64,000 bases of DNA, from positions 88,892 to 152,891 of IMG/VR virus record IMGVR_UViG_3300045988_066369; one strand, 5' to 3'. The DNA is from a virus. This document shows, one piece after another, positions 48,191 to 60,499 of the stretch (position 1 is the stretch's first letter; each line of letters opens with the position of its first letter). The notes under the pieces were generated by a model, which worked only from the letters and a program-made list of their open reading frames with translations, had not been told where the DNA came from and did not search any database. The position numbers and the translations under genes are program-made.

Positions 48191-48507
48191 ATAATTTATT
48201 ACTATATGGGACTCCAGTAATGGCTAACCCTACTAAGGCTTATATACTTATGACTCAAGAACCTACTGAAAAGATGCCAAAGAAATGGATTAAAGCAATA
48301 TTTACTAAACCTTTAGTAATATTGAAGAGTATATATTTCCATATATTTGGAATTAATCAAGATTTAGCAACCACAAGATTAAATATTTGTAATACTTGTC
48401 CTCATAAATTATAGACTTCATTTGGAGAAGTATGTGAGGAGTGTGGTTGTATACTAGAGAACAAAACTAGAATAGAAGATGAACATTGTGATTTATGTAA
48501 ATGGTAA
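48169..48507 (+). CDS. Cys-rich protein; track ORF ends at TAG (48412-48414) but frame continues with further CxxC motifs to TAA
   Basis: ...CNTCPHKL(TAG)TSFGEVCEECGCILENKTRIEDEHCDLCKW*. Confidence 0.45.
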
Positions 48508-48515
48508 AATGAATT

Positions 48516-49118
48516 ATGGAAACTTTAAGAACAGAATTGAACAGTAATGAGAAACTAGCACTAGCTATAACTGGTATGGAAGGTACAGGACAGCACCTTA
48601 TAGTAAATGGAGAAGCTGCAGATAAAACTTTATTAAGAGAAAAACAGGAAAAATTCAATACAGCAGTAGATGAATTAGAAGATAAATTCTCTAAACATAA
48701 TGCAGCTTTAGAATCTTACGCCAAATCATTATCTGAGGATATGAATGGTGTAGAAATTATGCCTATGTATGGGTATGCATTAATTAAACCTTTCGAACAA
48801 AATCCGTTTCAAAAAATTAAAACTACTAAGAGTGGATTAATTACAGACTTAGGTGGGTTTGCTCCAACATATAAATCTAATGAAACAGGAGAAATAGAAG
48901 AAGAACAACAATTTATTAAAGTGGGTACTGTTATTGAGGTTGGGTACAAGTGTGAGTTCCTAAAACCTGGAGATATAGTATTCTATACAATAGCTAGCGA
49001 GTGCATGGTTCCGTTCTACAAGTTTGGATTTGTTGTAGTTAATGAGAACAGAATTATGGCTGTAGTTAACGAAAAGCTAACTGAAAGAAGAAACGAATTG
49101 AAGTATGGAAACAATTGA
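48516..49118 (+). CDS. protein with GroES-like C-terminal domain (co-chaperonin/gp31-like)
   Basis: 200 aa; ...ALIKPFE...TKSGLIT...VGTVIEVG...LKPGDIVFY...IMAVV pattern typical of GroES fold. Confidence 0.4.
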   Translation: METLRTELNSNEKLALAITGMEGTGQHLIVNGEAADKTLLREKQEKFNTAVDELEDKFSKHNAALESYAKSLSEDMNGVEIMPMYGYALIKPFEQNPFQKIKTTKSGLITDLGGFAPTYKSNETGEIEEEQQFIKVGTVIEVGYKCEFLKPGDIVFYTIASECMVPFYKFGFVVVNENRIMAVVNEKLTERRNELKYGNN

Positions 49119-49328
49119 TGAAAAAGTTTATTTTAAGCCTGGGGATTGTGTTACTTTACGGTAGTGTAAAGTAATGCATTCTCCAGTTATGCTTGTTCTA
49201 AGAAGAGAAGCAGCTTTATTTAGAGATAACCAAGGATTACGAGGATTAAGATGTAGATGGTTTACTGATTCCGGACTTATGTAGGAAGCAGTGTTTAATA
49301 CTAAGGATTTAATTAAAGTAGAAGAGTA

Positions 49329-49910
49329 ATGGCTAACTAGGAAGAATTACAAAAAGCATTTATAGCATATCTAATACAAGATGCCGCTGCGTAGGGAATA
49401 CAAGTACAATCTGAATAGGATTTACAAGCTTATGCTGAACAATTAGGAGAAGACGGCATTAAAGCTAAGTATCAGGAATTTATGCAGAAAATGCAAGGAG
49501 GAGTAATGGCTAGGCTTGGAGCTAAGCTTGAGTATTATAAGAAGCTAAAAGGAGTATGTCCAGAAGGAGAAGAGCTTGTATATTTTAAGCAAGGCGGTAG
49601 AATCTGTAAAGCTTGCCAGAAAGCACAAAAAGGAACTAAAGTTACTAAGAAAGCTAATGAAGTTGATAAATTTAAGGCTGGAAGAGCTTAGTATAAGAAA
49701 GATATGAAATCTGCTAGAGACGAAGCCTCAAGAGATTCTATATCAATCAATAAATACAATGATTAGGAAACTATGGCCAATAAGGGACATAAGGGTAATT
49801 TCCAGGGAGGAAAATGGGTTCCTGACAGAAAACAATATGCTAAGAAAGACGCTTGTGGTTCCAAAATGAAAGTCAATAAGTGCGGTTCCAAAATGAAAAA
49901 GAAATAATAA
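49329..49910 (+). CDS. Lys-rich hypothetical protein, 5 in-frame TAG, terminated by TAA TAA
   Basis: Own translation from ATG 49329; track ORF 49482..49691 is an internal TAG-to-TAG fragment. Confidence 0.55.
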
Positions 49911-49938
49911 GATTATCTAATGTGTATGATAATGATTA

Positions 49939-50505
49939 ATGATTATGAATGTATTTAACTATAACACTTTAACTAAATAGCTAGAAATAAATGAACCAGA
50001 GATATTGCTAGTTAAGGAATTTAAGGCTTTAATCTAGAGGGATAAATCTGCAGAAAAGGATAGAGCTACTAGAGAACTATCTTACATTTATTTAGCTATA
50101 GACTGGAAAAGTCCGTACAGTTAGTATTCGGAACATGAACGACATGACGAAGCTATTAGTGATTCTGGATTGACAGAGTCAGAATTTAATGACCCTATAT
50201 TTAGAGAAGCTTGTAGGAAATACAGAGCGTTACAAGATTCAAACAAGTCAATAAAATTACTAGAAGCAGCTAAAAGAGCTGCAGACTAGTTTATTGATTA
50301 TTTCGAAACTATTGTAGATTTAAATGAGCGTGATAATAACGGCAAACCAGTATTCCAGGCTGAAAAAGTAATGAAGGAAATGGCTACCCTTCACAAAGTT
50401 CATGAAGAACTCATAACACTAGAAGACTAGGTTAAGAAAGAACTTACTGAACAATCTACTGTTAGAGCTGGAGCTGTGGATGGTTTTGACCCAGGAGACT
50501 TTTAA
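49939..50505 (+). CDS. hypothetical protein upstream of terminase (possible small terminase subunit), 5 in-frame TAG
   Basis: Own translation MIMNVFNYNTLTK(TAG)LEINEPEILLVKEFKALI(TAG)RDKSAEKD..., ends TAA 50503-50505. Confidence 0.45.
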
Positions 50506-50507
50506 TT

Positions 50508-52871
50508 ATGCCAAGAAAAAAGATATTACCTGAAGAAATATAGAATATTGTAGATTAGGTAAGAGAAAAAGAATAGAAAGAGGATGCTAAAGAAGCTAGA
50601 GAATTAGTATAGAAAATAAGAGAGGAAAGGGTCAGAAATTCTGACTATTGGGATGTTAAAATAGGAGATAAAATAGAAGTATTTGACCCTACCTTATCTT
50701 ATGAAATAACTGGATACAGACCTATTGACGAAACTCATGGATTGGACTTTAATCCAGATTGGTTTACCGAGACTAGGGAAGTATATAAACGAACTGGTCA
50801 ATACTGTCCCTACCTTAGAGATAGTAAGCGGTACAACGAATTTTGGAAAGAGCAATATAGAAGATGTAAGTATGGAATGACAGTTAATGGATACACCATT
50901 ACTGGAGATAATTACTTCTTCTTAAATTTCTATTAGTTACCTACTATTGACTAGTAGAAAGCCTCTGGTGAGGGTACTGATAATGACTTCCCAATATTCT
51001 TTGCATCACATTATATGTTCTTTCATTATCTATAGATGGCTAGGGTGCTACACAAGCACGCAGCTTTAATGAAAGCTCGTTCTATTGGATTCTCTGAAAT
51101 AAACGCCTCTCTTTCTGCTCGTATGTACTCTGTTATTAGAAGAAGTAGGGTTATGATTACTTGCTTTAATGATACCTTCCTTAAGGGTACCTTTAGTAAG
51201 TTTGACAATGCTCTTACATTCTTAAATACCTGTACTGGAGGAGGATTTTTTAAATTGCGACTTATTGACCAGGATTTGAGAAAGAAATCAGGTAAACAAA
51301 TCAAAATAAATGGTTAGTTTGAAGACGTAGGATTTAAATCTGAGGTTGTAGCAATTAACGGAGCTAAACCATCTAACATTCGTGGAGACCGTGTAGATTT
51401 ATTAATATATGATGAAGCTGGTTCCTGGCCTGGACTTGATACCGCTGTGGTACAAGGTCAAGAACTTTGTGAAGTTCAAGGTATGCCTCGTGGAACAATG
51501 TTGTTTGGAGGTACTGGCGGTGATATGGGTGCTCCTCTAGAGGGCTTAAAAAAGATTTACTATAATCCAAGAGCATATAAGATTCTTCCATTTAGACATA
51601 ATTGGACTTAGGATGGGACTACTATAGAGAGTGGATTCTTTATTCCATACTTTATACAATCTTTGAATCCAGAATTTATGGACCACAGAGGAGTGTGTAA
51701 TACTGTAGAATATAAGAAATTCTTATAGGAGGAGCGAGATAATCTGTTAGCTGTACCAGAAGACTACCTAAAGAAATGTGCTGAACGTTGTTGGAATGCA
51801 GAAGAAGCATTTAATCTAGAAGGTGTTAATAAATTTAATAAAATTTTAGTTGCCGAATAGATAGCTAATATAAGACTTAAACAAATTGGTCCAAGACCCG
51901 AATGTGGTTATATTGATTATTTTTACAAAAATAATAAACATACTTAGGATAACATTGATGGCTTTAAATGGATTCCTAATAGCAATGGTAAAGTAAAAAT
52001 TCTAGAGCATCCAATATGGTCTGACTTATATAAAGAACAAATGGAAAAGCTTAGATAGGAAGCAGAAAATAATGGCTAGGATTTTGAAGTTCCAGTTTAT
52101 AAAGAGATGCGAGACTTATACGTAGCAGGTATAGACGGTATTGATATTGGAGCGAATTAGACTTCTAAGGAAACCAGAGATCCGTCTGATTTCTGCATAA
52201 CGATTAAGAAACGTGCGTTTGGTATGAATGACCCTCAGTATGTTGCTATGTACAAGGATAGACCTGGAGACATCAGAGAAGCCTATAAAATAGCTATGTG
52301 TTTAGCTCGCTATTATAATTGTAAAATAAATATAGAAGCTACTCGTATGGGTATGGTTACTTGGGCTAGAGAAAAAGGATGCCTTAACTATTTTATGAAG
52401 CGCCCAAGAGCTACTCTAACTGATGTCAGAAATGGAACTACTAAATAGTATGGAACTCCTGCTACAAAAACTATAATTGAATAGCATACTGATTTAACAG
52501 CCGCCTTTATAGAAGACTATTGCCATACTATATGGTTCGAAGAAATGCTAGAATAGTTTACTGCATATAATGATGAAAATAAGGGTAAGTATGATATTGT
52601 AGCCGCTGTAGGTATGACTGAGTTGGCAGACCAAGAGCTATCAGGAAGACAGCCCGTACTTGTGGAGAAAGAAGTTGAATAGTTCCAAGATTTTGGTTAC
52701 TATTACGACGAGAGAGGAATTAAAAGATTTGGAGTTATTCCAACTAAGAAAACTCCTGAACTTAATATGCAAAGAAACGAATATGATGACCCATACAGAG
52801 TTGAAACAAGTGATCCTAGAATATATGAGGGACTTGTACAAAATGGAGTATATAGGCGGACTAGATATTGA
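50508..52871 (+). CDS. terL: terminase large subunit (ATPase + RNase H-like nuclease), about 20 in-frame TAG codons, ends TGA
   Basis: Continuous frame-0 reading with TAG as sense; nuclease motif LYVAGIDGIDIGAN(TAG)TSKETRDPSDFCITIK, ATPase-region ARSIGFSE, LLIYDEAGSW; track ORFs 50742.., 51036.., 52224.. are fragments of it. Confidence 0.7.
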
Positions 52872-53062
52872 GAGTTTAGACCCAGTTGGGTATAAAGTCT
52901 CTTTTAACTTTGATAGGTCAGAAATGCCATTAGTAATAATAGCAGATTTACCAGACGAAGAATTTCTGCCATTTATTAAGGAAGAATTAAGAAGTAGGAA
53001 GTTACAAAGAGTTAAGTATTATAACGCTACTAAACTTCCTCCAGAACAACATAATTTATGTT

Positions 53063-55234
53063 ATGAAAGAGAAGGAATTGATAGACAAGACAAACGAGGC
53101 TATTGCGGAACTTGTATATGATAAGTATGAGTTACAGAAAGCTTATAATTATTATAATGGTAAAAGAGATCCTGAATAGTTCCGTTATCTGGAAGAAAAC
53201 TTCGGAATAGGTAGCCCCACTTCGGTAGAGTTTACGCCTTTATTAAAGAAACACGTAGATGCTCTAGTTGGAGAATATTTAGGAACTCCTATACTTCCGA
53301 AAATTTCTTGCAAAGATTCAGATACTATCAGTAATATAACAAGAGAAAAATAGCTAGAAATAACCAAGGGAATAGTAAAGTTTTTGAAAGACCATTTAAG
53401 TAATTCAATTCTTAAGTTTATTGATGGCAAGGATATTACTGATAAAGCTGTAAAGACTTAGTTAGATAAAATTATATAGGATATTGACCAATCCTTTATT
53501 TCTCAATATGAAATTGCAGCTTAGAATATAGTACATTATATTATGCAATCCAGAGAAACCGATTTAATTACTAAGTTACGTTAGTTACTAACAGACCTAT
53601 TAATTACTGGTTATACATTCTTTAGAGTGAAATCATCGGCTTCTGGAACTAATATTGAAATAGAGGTATTAAACCCACTTAATACATTTGTTGATAGAAA
53701 TCCAGAATCTCCATATGTAAGGAACTCATATAGAGTTGTAGTAAGAAAGTGGATGAGTAAGAGTTAGATTTTAGCTAAATATGGCAAAGAAATATCTAGA
53801 GAAGATTTAAGAAGACTAAAAGATGAATGGCGAGCTGATGATTCAGCTGCTGTTTATAGAAGAGTATATGGAGATACTTGTACAGTAGTAAATGAAGATT
53901 AGAATCATGAAACCATTCCCGGCTATCCAGACAATGAATATAGTGCTCATAGGTTCTAGTTAATCCCAGTCTATGATGTTGAATGGATTGAAACAGATGA
54001 TGATTTTGTGATGTAGAGATACAATACTATTAGAATAGGAGAAGAGATATATATTCTTAGAGGATTAGACAAGACTGTTATGAGATCTAAAGATAATCCC
54101 AACTTCTGTTCTTTATCGGTAAATGGAGTATATTTCTTAAATCGCTCTTAGTAGCCTTATTCTCTTATATTAAAATGTGCACATCTGTAGGATAGATACG
54201 ACTTATTAAACTATTATAGAGATAATCTAATAGCTAATAGTGGTACTGCCGGAGTTATTATGGATATGTCTCTGTTGCCTACCAACTTAGGAGTTAAATG
54301 GCCAGAACGAGTACAAAAATGGTTAGCCTATAAAAAAGGTGGTATCATGTGGATAGACTCAAGCCAAGAAGGTAGGAATGATGGACAGCAAGCTCCAAAC
54401 TAGATATATAACGGATTTGATGATACCTTAAAAGCATAGGCTGTATAGGCTATTGAATTAGCTATTCAATCAGTAGAACAAACTACATCATCAATAACTG
54501 GAGTATTTAGGGAACGACTTAACGGTATAGAAACTAGAGATGCAGTTACTAATATTAAGTAGGGAGTAGCTAACTCGTATATAGTAACTAAGCACTATTT
54601 TTAGCAGATGGATTTAATAACCTGCGAGATACTACTAGATAGTCTTAATTAGGCTAAAGTTACTTATAAGAAAGGATTAACTGGAACTATTATACTTGGG
54701 GATAAATATCAACAGATATTCACCGCACTTCCTGAGTATTTTACTGTTACTGACTACGATATTCATATTACTGCTAGTTCAGAAGTGATGGAAGATCTAT
54801 AGACTATAAAAGCAATCATTCCAGAGTTCGTAAAAAGTCAACAGATGGACCCAGATATTATTTTTGAGGCTCTTACATCTAAGAGTCTGACAGACCTTAA
54901 ATATAAGGTTAAGAAAGCTGTTCAAGTTCGCAAAGAGGAAAATAATCAGCTTCAGCAACTACAAGAAAAATTAGAAGAAACTTCTCAATAGGCTCAGTAG
55001 TTATAGCAAGAATTATAGAAAGCTCAGCAAAAGATTGAAAGCTTAGATGAATAGAGACTAGGATTAGAATAGTAGAAGATGCAGTTAGAATATAAAGTTA
55101 ACTGGCTTAAAGCTCAGTCTGATTCTACTTATAAAGATAGACAAATGGATATTGAAGAAAAAAGAACTGAAATAGAGTTGGCTTAGCTTCATGATGGAAA
55201 TCCATATAATGACAAAATAAGACAAATACATTAA
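53063..55234 (+). CDS. portal protein (TAG-recoded, about 25 in-frame TAG), ends TAA
   Basis: Continuous frame-2 reading from ATG 53063 (MKEKELIDKTNEAIAELVYDKYEL...); position immediately after terL; about 720 aa. Confidence 0.6.
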
Positions 55235-55235
55235 T

Positions 55236-55967
55236 ATGGCAACTGGAACAATTGTATACAACAAAGATTAGCAGTAGATTTATCCTATCTCTGATGGGAC
55301 AGTAATTATAAGTAATGCTTCCGGTTCTAAATCAAATGTAGAAGACGACCTAAAAAAATTATTTAAGTAGGTATCAGATTTATCCGGTTCAAGTGAAGCA
55401 GTTAATAGTATTATTATTAAAATACATTATCTCCCTGCTAATACTGCCGATGAATCTGAAATAAAATTATCAAGTAAGTAGTGGTCTGATACTTTTGAGC
55501 TTCCAACAGAAGAGAATCCGTATATATGGAAAAGAACTAAATTTACTTTTTAGGGAGCTGATGAATCATAGGGAACTACTATCTATGAAATAGTAGCGAG
55601 TGATGTCTCTACTATTATATAGACTATATATACTAGAACCGAGGGAATAACACCAGTTATAGAATATAAATAGAAAACAGATGAGGACGGAAATCCGCTG
55701 TATATAGATGCTGAAGGGAAAGAAACTACAGAAGTTACTTCTCTAAAGGCATATGACTATAACTACTATTGGAATGGTCAGCCTTCTTCTGGACTAGATA
55801 AACTACCTCCGACCCCAGATGGATATTCTTATATCTGGACAGATTATCCTCAAGATATTAGTTTATCATTTACTTCCGTCTTCATGTCTAGACGAATAAG
55901 ACAAGCAGGTAAATGGAAACCTTTTTCTACCCCTGCTCAATATGGCTAGTGGCCTATTGAGTCTTAA
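55236..55967 (+). CDS. structural/hypothetical protein (TAG-recoded)
   Basis: Own translation MATGTIVYNKD(TAG)(TAG)IYPISDGTVIISNASG..., ends TAA 55965-55967. Confidence 0.5.
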
Positions 55968-55977
55968 TTATTACAAT

Positions 55978-56709
55978 ATGGAATTTAGTATTGATATACA
56001 TACCCAAATTAATGGGGAAATACTGATAGAAGATTTCTCAAAAGAATATGGCTAGTATATTGATGAAGATGTAGAGGTAGTAACTTCTTACGACTCCTAT
56101 AAGTATAGTGAGAGTGCTACCTTGAATACTATCATCAAAGTTAGTATAAGTGATGCTACTCTGATAGATGTCCTACTTAATGACCATACAGAAGACTTAG
56201 ACTCGTGTATGTTTAAGGTCAAGGATGATGGTTATTACGTAGTAGACCATATCATTATTCCTAATATGAAATGGTATGAAAATTCATCGGACGAATACAA
56301 GGAATACTATGAGACTATCTATGTTACTGATGGAGAAAAATTATATAAAGAAGTAGAAGGTAAGCTAGAAGAGTGTACAGTTAAAGAAGTTCTTGAACGA
56401 AACATAGAAGGAACTACTATAAAAAAATGTAAGGTAGATGTTTTCTTTACAGGAAACTTGTAGTAGTGTTACATTAATTATTGTAAGAAACTCTTTGATG
56501 CTTTACTAAATAAGTGTCTAACTAGAGATTAGGAAGCAGATATATTTGCTCGAGATTTCATATGGATGACTCTTAACATTATAGATTATTTAATATGCTT
56601 TAAACAATTCATGGAGGCTGAGAGATTACTAGCGATGTTCCGTACCTGTGGAGGATTCTGTGATAATCACCACCATGGACATAAACGTATAGGTTGTGGA
56701 TGCTCTTAA
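55978..56709 (+). CDS. hypothetical protein; contains tandem TAG TAG at 56461-56466, after which the frame stays open to a Cys/His-rich tail (CGGFCDNHHHGHKRIGCGCS) ending TAA
   Basis: Track ORF 56122..56463 is its internal fragment; alternative end at 56463 if TAG-TAG terminates. Confidence 0.4.
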
Positions 56710-56864
56710 GAGAAAGGCTATTAAAAGGTATGAGGATTTTCTAAGAAAACTCAAAAAGGGATATAAACCAGATTATCAAGATATTCTTAATCTAATTTGT
56801 TTTATTAACCTACCTGTAAGACTAGATAATCACGAATTTATTAAATAGCAATTATTAAACTAGA

Positions 56865-58439
56865 ATGATACAGTCTATTTACACTTCGGTAAGTAACGCA
56901 GATATAGTGCCTTGTGGTAAAAAGGGTAAGCCTATAAAATGTGAGCCTATACCTCTCTTAAGAAATAACTATTTAGGAGAATATAGGACAGAACTAGAAA
57001 AAGCTAAAGTAAGAAAGAACTTAGGTATTGCTGATGAGTAGAGTCTATTGTGGGGAAACATTAGTGGAACCATAGAACTGCAAAAAGACCTAGTATAGTA
57101 TATAGAACAAAAATGGACCTATACTAGTGACGTTGCAGAAGGTATTAATACTGTGAAGGATGCCCTAGACTATGCCCTATACTTTATTAGTGAATATGAA
57201 TCTAATACAGAAGCAATAGAAGAACTGAAAGTCGATATAAGCAATATTAGAACTTCTATATCTGTATTGAAGGAGGATTTACAACGAGAAATTGATACTA
57301 ATAGAAAAGGGATTAATAATCTATCTGAAGAAATAGTAAAAATCAATGAAGCTATAGTTGAGTTGAATAATGCTATTGAGAATATAGATGTTGATAAAAA
57401 CATTCTTAATTGGATTAAGAATAGTCTCCAAAATTCCAAAACTATAGAACTAAAGGAAGATAATTCTTTAGAGGTGATTTTATCTACTTAGGAAGATAAT
57501 GCTATTCATTTAATAGAATAGGAGATTGGAGAGGAAACCTCTTCTATTATCCTTCCAGGTATCTATGTTAAGAATCTTGAACCTGCTCTAGAAGAAACAA
57601 AGAAAGAAGTATAGAAAACTTAGGAAGCACAACAAGAGACAAATACTAAAGTAGAAGCTAATACTGAAAGTATTACTAATATACAAACTAACTTAGAAAC
57701 TATAGCTACTTATTAGACAGAACTCCCAGATGATACTACTTCAACAGTAATTGAAGGGACTACAGTAGAGAAACTTAAGGGCAAGCCCTTTAATGAGATT
57801 ATTGATACTTTACTATTTCCAACAGTAGTTAGAGATTTAGTATACCCATAGCTTTATTATAGTTTTACTTCTCAAATAGTAGAAGTAGGAACTGCTTTAT
57901 TAACTCCTACACTTACATTTATAAAGAATGATGCTGGAGAAGAAACTGACAGACAAGAAACTATTACTTATAACAGTTCTCCTGTAGAGTCTGATACATA
58001 TAATTCTATTGGTACTTATACTCACTCTGGTACAGTGAGTTATGCCGCTGGAGAATATTTGATAAACAATAAAGGAGAAGTTACAGATAAGAGAGTAGAA
58101 GCTGGTTCTATTTCCGCTACCGCTTAGGTAGTAGCCACATATCCTTGGTATTCTGGTAATACTGATAGTGTGATTAAATAGGCGCTAGTTCCTTTTGGAC
58201 AATCGTCTGGAACTATCACATTTTCACTAAGTGGTAAGGCTATTATAAAATTGCCAGGAAGTAACACATAGTTAAATTCATTTACCGTAGATGGGGGACT
58301 TAGATATTTAAATGTAGACCTAAGTGGTTGGGAAACGTCTACCGAGTAGATAAATGGATTTACTTACAAGGTATGGACTAAGAAAGATACTTACTCCTCA
58401 GCATTGCCACATCAAATTAACTTTATTCTATCACAATAA
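56865..58439 (+). CDS. structural protein, 524 codons, TAG-recoded (coiled-coil segment)
   Basis: Continuous frame-0 reading MIQSIYTSVSNADIVPCGKKGKPIKCEP...; track ORF 57153..57491 is a fragment. Confidence 0.55.
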
Positions 58440-60283
58440 TGGCATTTAAATATACAGGTGATGCTACCTTAGGTGTCGCTTTAACCGTAGAAACTCCGAA
58501 GCCTCTCGATAATAGAACAGTCGTTAATAACTTAGACGAACTTTATTCTATTCCAGAGAAGTATGCTTATCAAGGTATGACCGTTGCTAACATAGATAAC
58601 GGAAATATTTATATGCTAATTGATAAGTCTAAGATTAAATACAAGGAAGGATGGAAAGCATCCTATGAATCTATCTAGATAATCACCTGTACAGAGGCTG
58701 AATATAAAGAATGGTCTGAGAATACTACAGACGATTTTAGGCCCATAGATGAAAGTAAAACGTATCTTCATGCTGAGACATATTATTATATATATGAGGA
58801 TAGCTTAGACGATGACTAGTTTTACCTATCCGCGGAATGGGGAAAAAAGATAGAAGAGCAATTAAAACAGAAGGCCCTTAATACTACTGTAGTATAGATT
58901 AGAACAGACTTAGATAACACTATTGCCAGCCTATCAGATTATGCTACACTGGAAGAATTAACTACTAATTATGTCTCTAATGATTCTTTAGCTCTATCCC
59001 TGACTAAGTATTATACTAAGGAAGAAACAGACGATATTTTCGTTACTAAAGAAAGTCTTAGAGGAGAGGGAATGGAAGGAGATGATTTTGTCTTCGTTAC
59101 AAAGAAAGAATATGAGGAAGATTAGTAGGCCATCCAAGACGAGTTAGATAAAACTCTTAAGGTAGATGGAGATGGTTCCTTAGAAAGCATCACTGTTGGA
59201 TAGATAAAATCTCCTGTAGTAGAGGGAGAGGGAGAGAGCTAGCTAGTAGTAGACGTTAGGTCTGAAGGATTATTTATAGGTGAAGATTAGATTGCTACTG
59301 AATCGGATATTCCGAACTTAGTAACATTAACTGAAGAAGAGTATCTAAAGTTAGTAGAGGAAGGGACGGTAGAGCCTGATACATATTACTATGTATATGA
59401 CGTCACAAATGATGCAAAGGTTTATATTACTAAGGAATATTTGGATTAGAATTATCATACTACCAATCAATATCAGTCCTGGGTTGCTACAAATTATTAC
59501 TCCAAGAAGTAGATTGATGAAATAGTTCAAGGTTTGCAAAAACTTGAAAACTACGTTACTACAGAAGATATTAAGGCTTATTATACTATTTAGCAGGTTG
59601 ATGACAAATTTCTTACTAAGGAAAATGCTCAGTCTACTTATGCTACTCAATAGTCATTATCTGATTTATCAGATTAGATAGCCGAAGATTACGTAACAAA
59701 AGAAAGTTTAAGGGGAGACTCTCCTGAAACCGGAGATGATGATTTCATATTTGTTACCTAGAAAAAATATCAGGATGATTAGGCTGCTGCTGCTAAAGAA
59801 TTTAGCACTGAGCTTTTGAAATCTACATCAGTAGAAACTTCTGATATTACTATTTAGAAAATTGGAGAAAAAGAAGTACAATAGGGAACAACTGGAGAAC
59901 CTTCTGAGGAAACAGGAACTGAGCAAGTTATTGAGAGTTCTGTTAAACTTACCACAGAAGATAACAGGCTATTTGCTGGAGGCAAGCAAGTTGCTATTAC
60001 TGAAGAAGTACCAAAACTTGTATGCTTACCACAAGCTGATTATGATGACCTAGTTGAGAATAGTAAGACTGAAGAAGATACTTATTATTGCACCTATGGA
60101 GAAAAAGATTTACAAGATACTGGATATGTTAGGAGCGAATATCTTATAGAGAGATACTACACCAAAGCTGAGGTAGAAGAACTAATTAGCTAGGCCGTAG
60201 CCGAATTGTAGAAAAAGATAGACGCTTTATAGCCAGGTTCTAGTGTAGAGGTAGGTGGAGAAAATGAACAATTAATATTTTAA
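58439..60283 (+). CDS. tail/fibre-like protein with internal sequence repeats, 614 codons, TAG-recoded, ends TAA
   Basis: Continuous frame-2 reading; repeats TKESLRGEG..GDDFVFVTKKEYEED / TKESLRGDSPETGDDDFIFVT(Q)KKYQDD and YYYIYEDSLDDD / YYYVYDVTND. Confidence 0.55.
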
Positions 60284-60288
60284 ACAAT

Positions 60289-60498
60289 ATGGGAACAATT
60301 TATATTGAAGGACAGTTTAAGAGTTCTGCCAAACCAGTAAAAGTTGTTGGAGGAAGTATAGGAGGCTCTGGAGTAGACTAGGAAGTTCTCAAGAACTATG
60401 CTACTAAAGCAGAATTGTAGAAGGCTGTTGAGGACCTAACTGCTTCCATAGAGGGAATAGATCACGATGTAGTTGATGAAACTTTAATAATACAATGA
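60289..60498 (+). CDS. small hypothetical protein (2 in-frame TAG), ends TGA
   Basis: MGTIYIEGQFKSSAKPVKVVGGSIGGSGVD(Q)EVLKNYATKAEL(Q)KAVEDLTASIEGIDHDVVDETLIIQ. Confidence 0.4.
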
Positions 60499-60499
60499 T

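Noticed and set aside
52660-53121. ORF 52660..53121 overlapping the 3' end of terL in another frame
   Set aside because: Most of it overlaps the terminase reading frame. Only its last about 190 nt are intergenic between terL (ends 52871) and portal (starts 53063). A short real peptide starting near 52,841 cannot be excluded, but the long version is probably an artefact.
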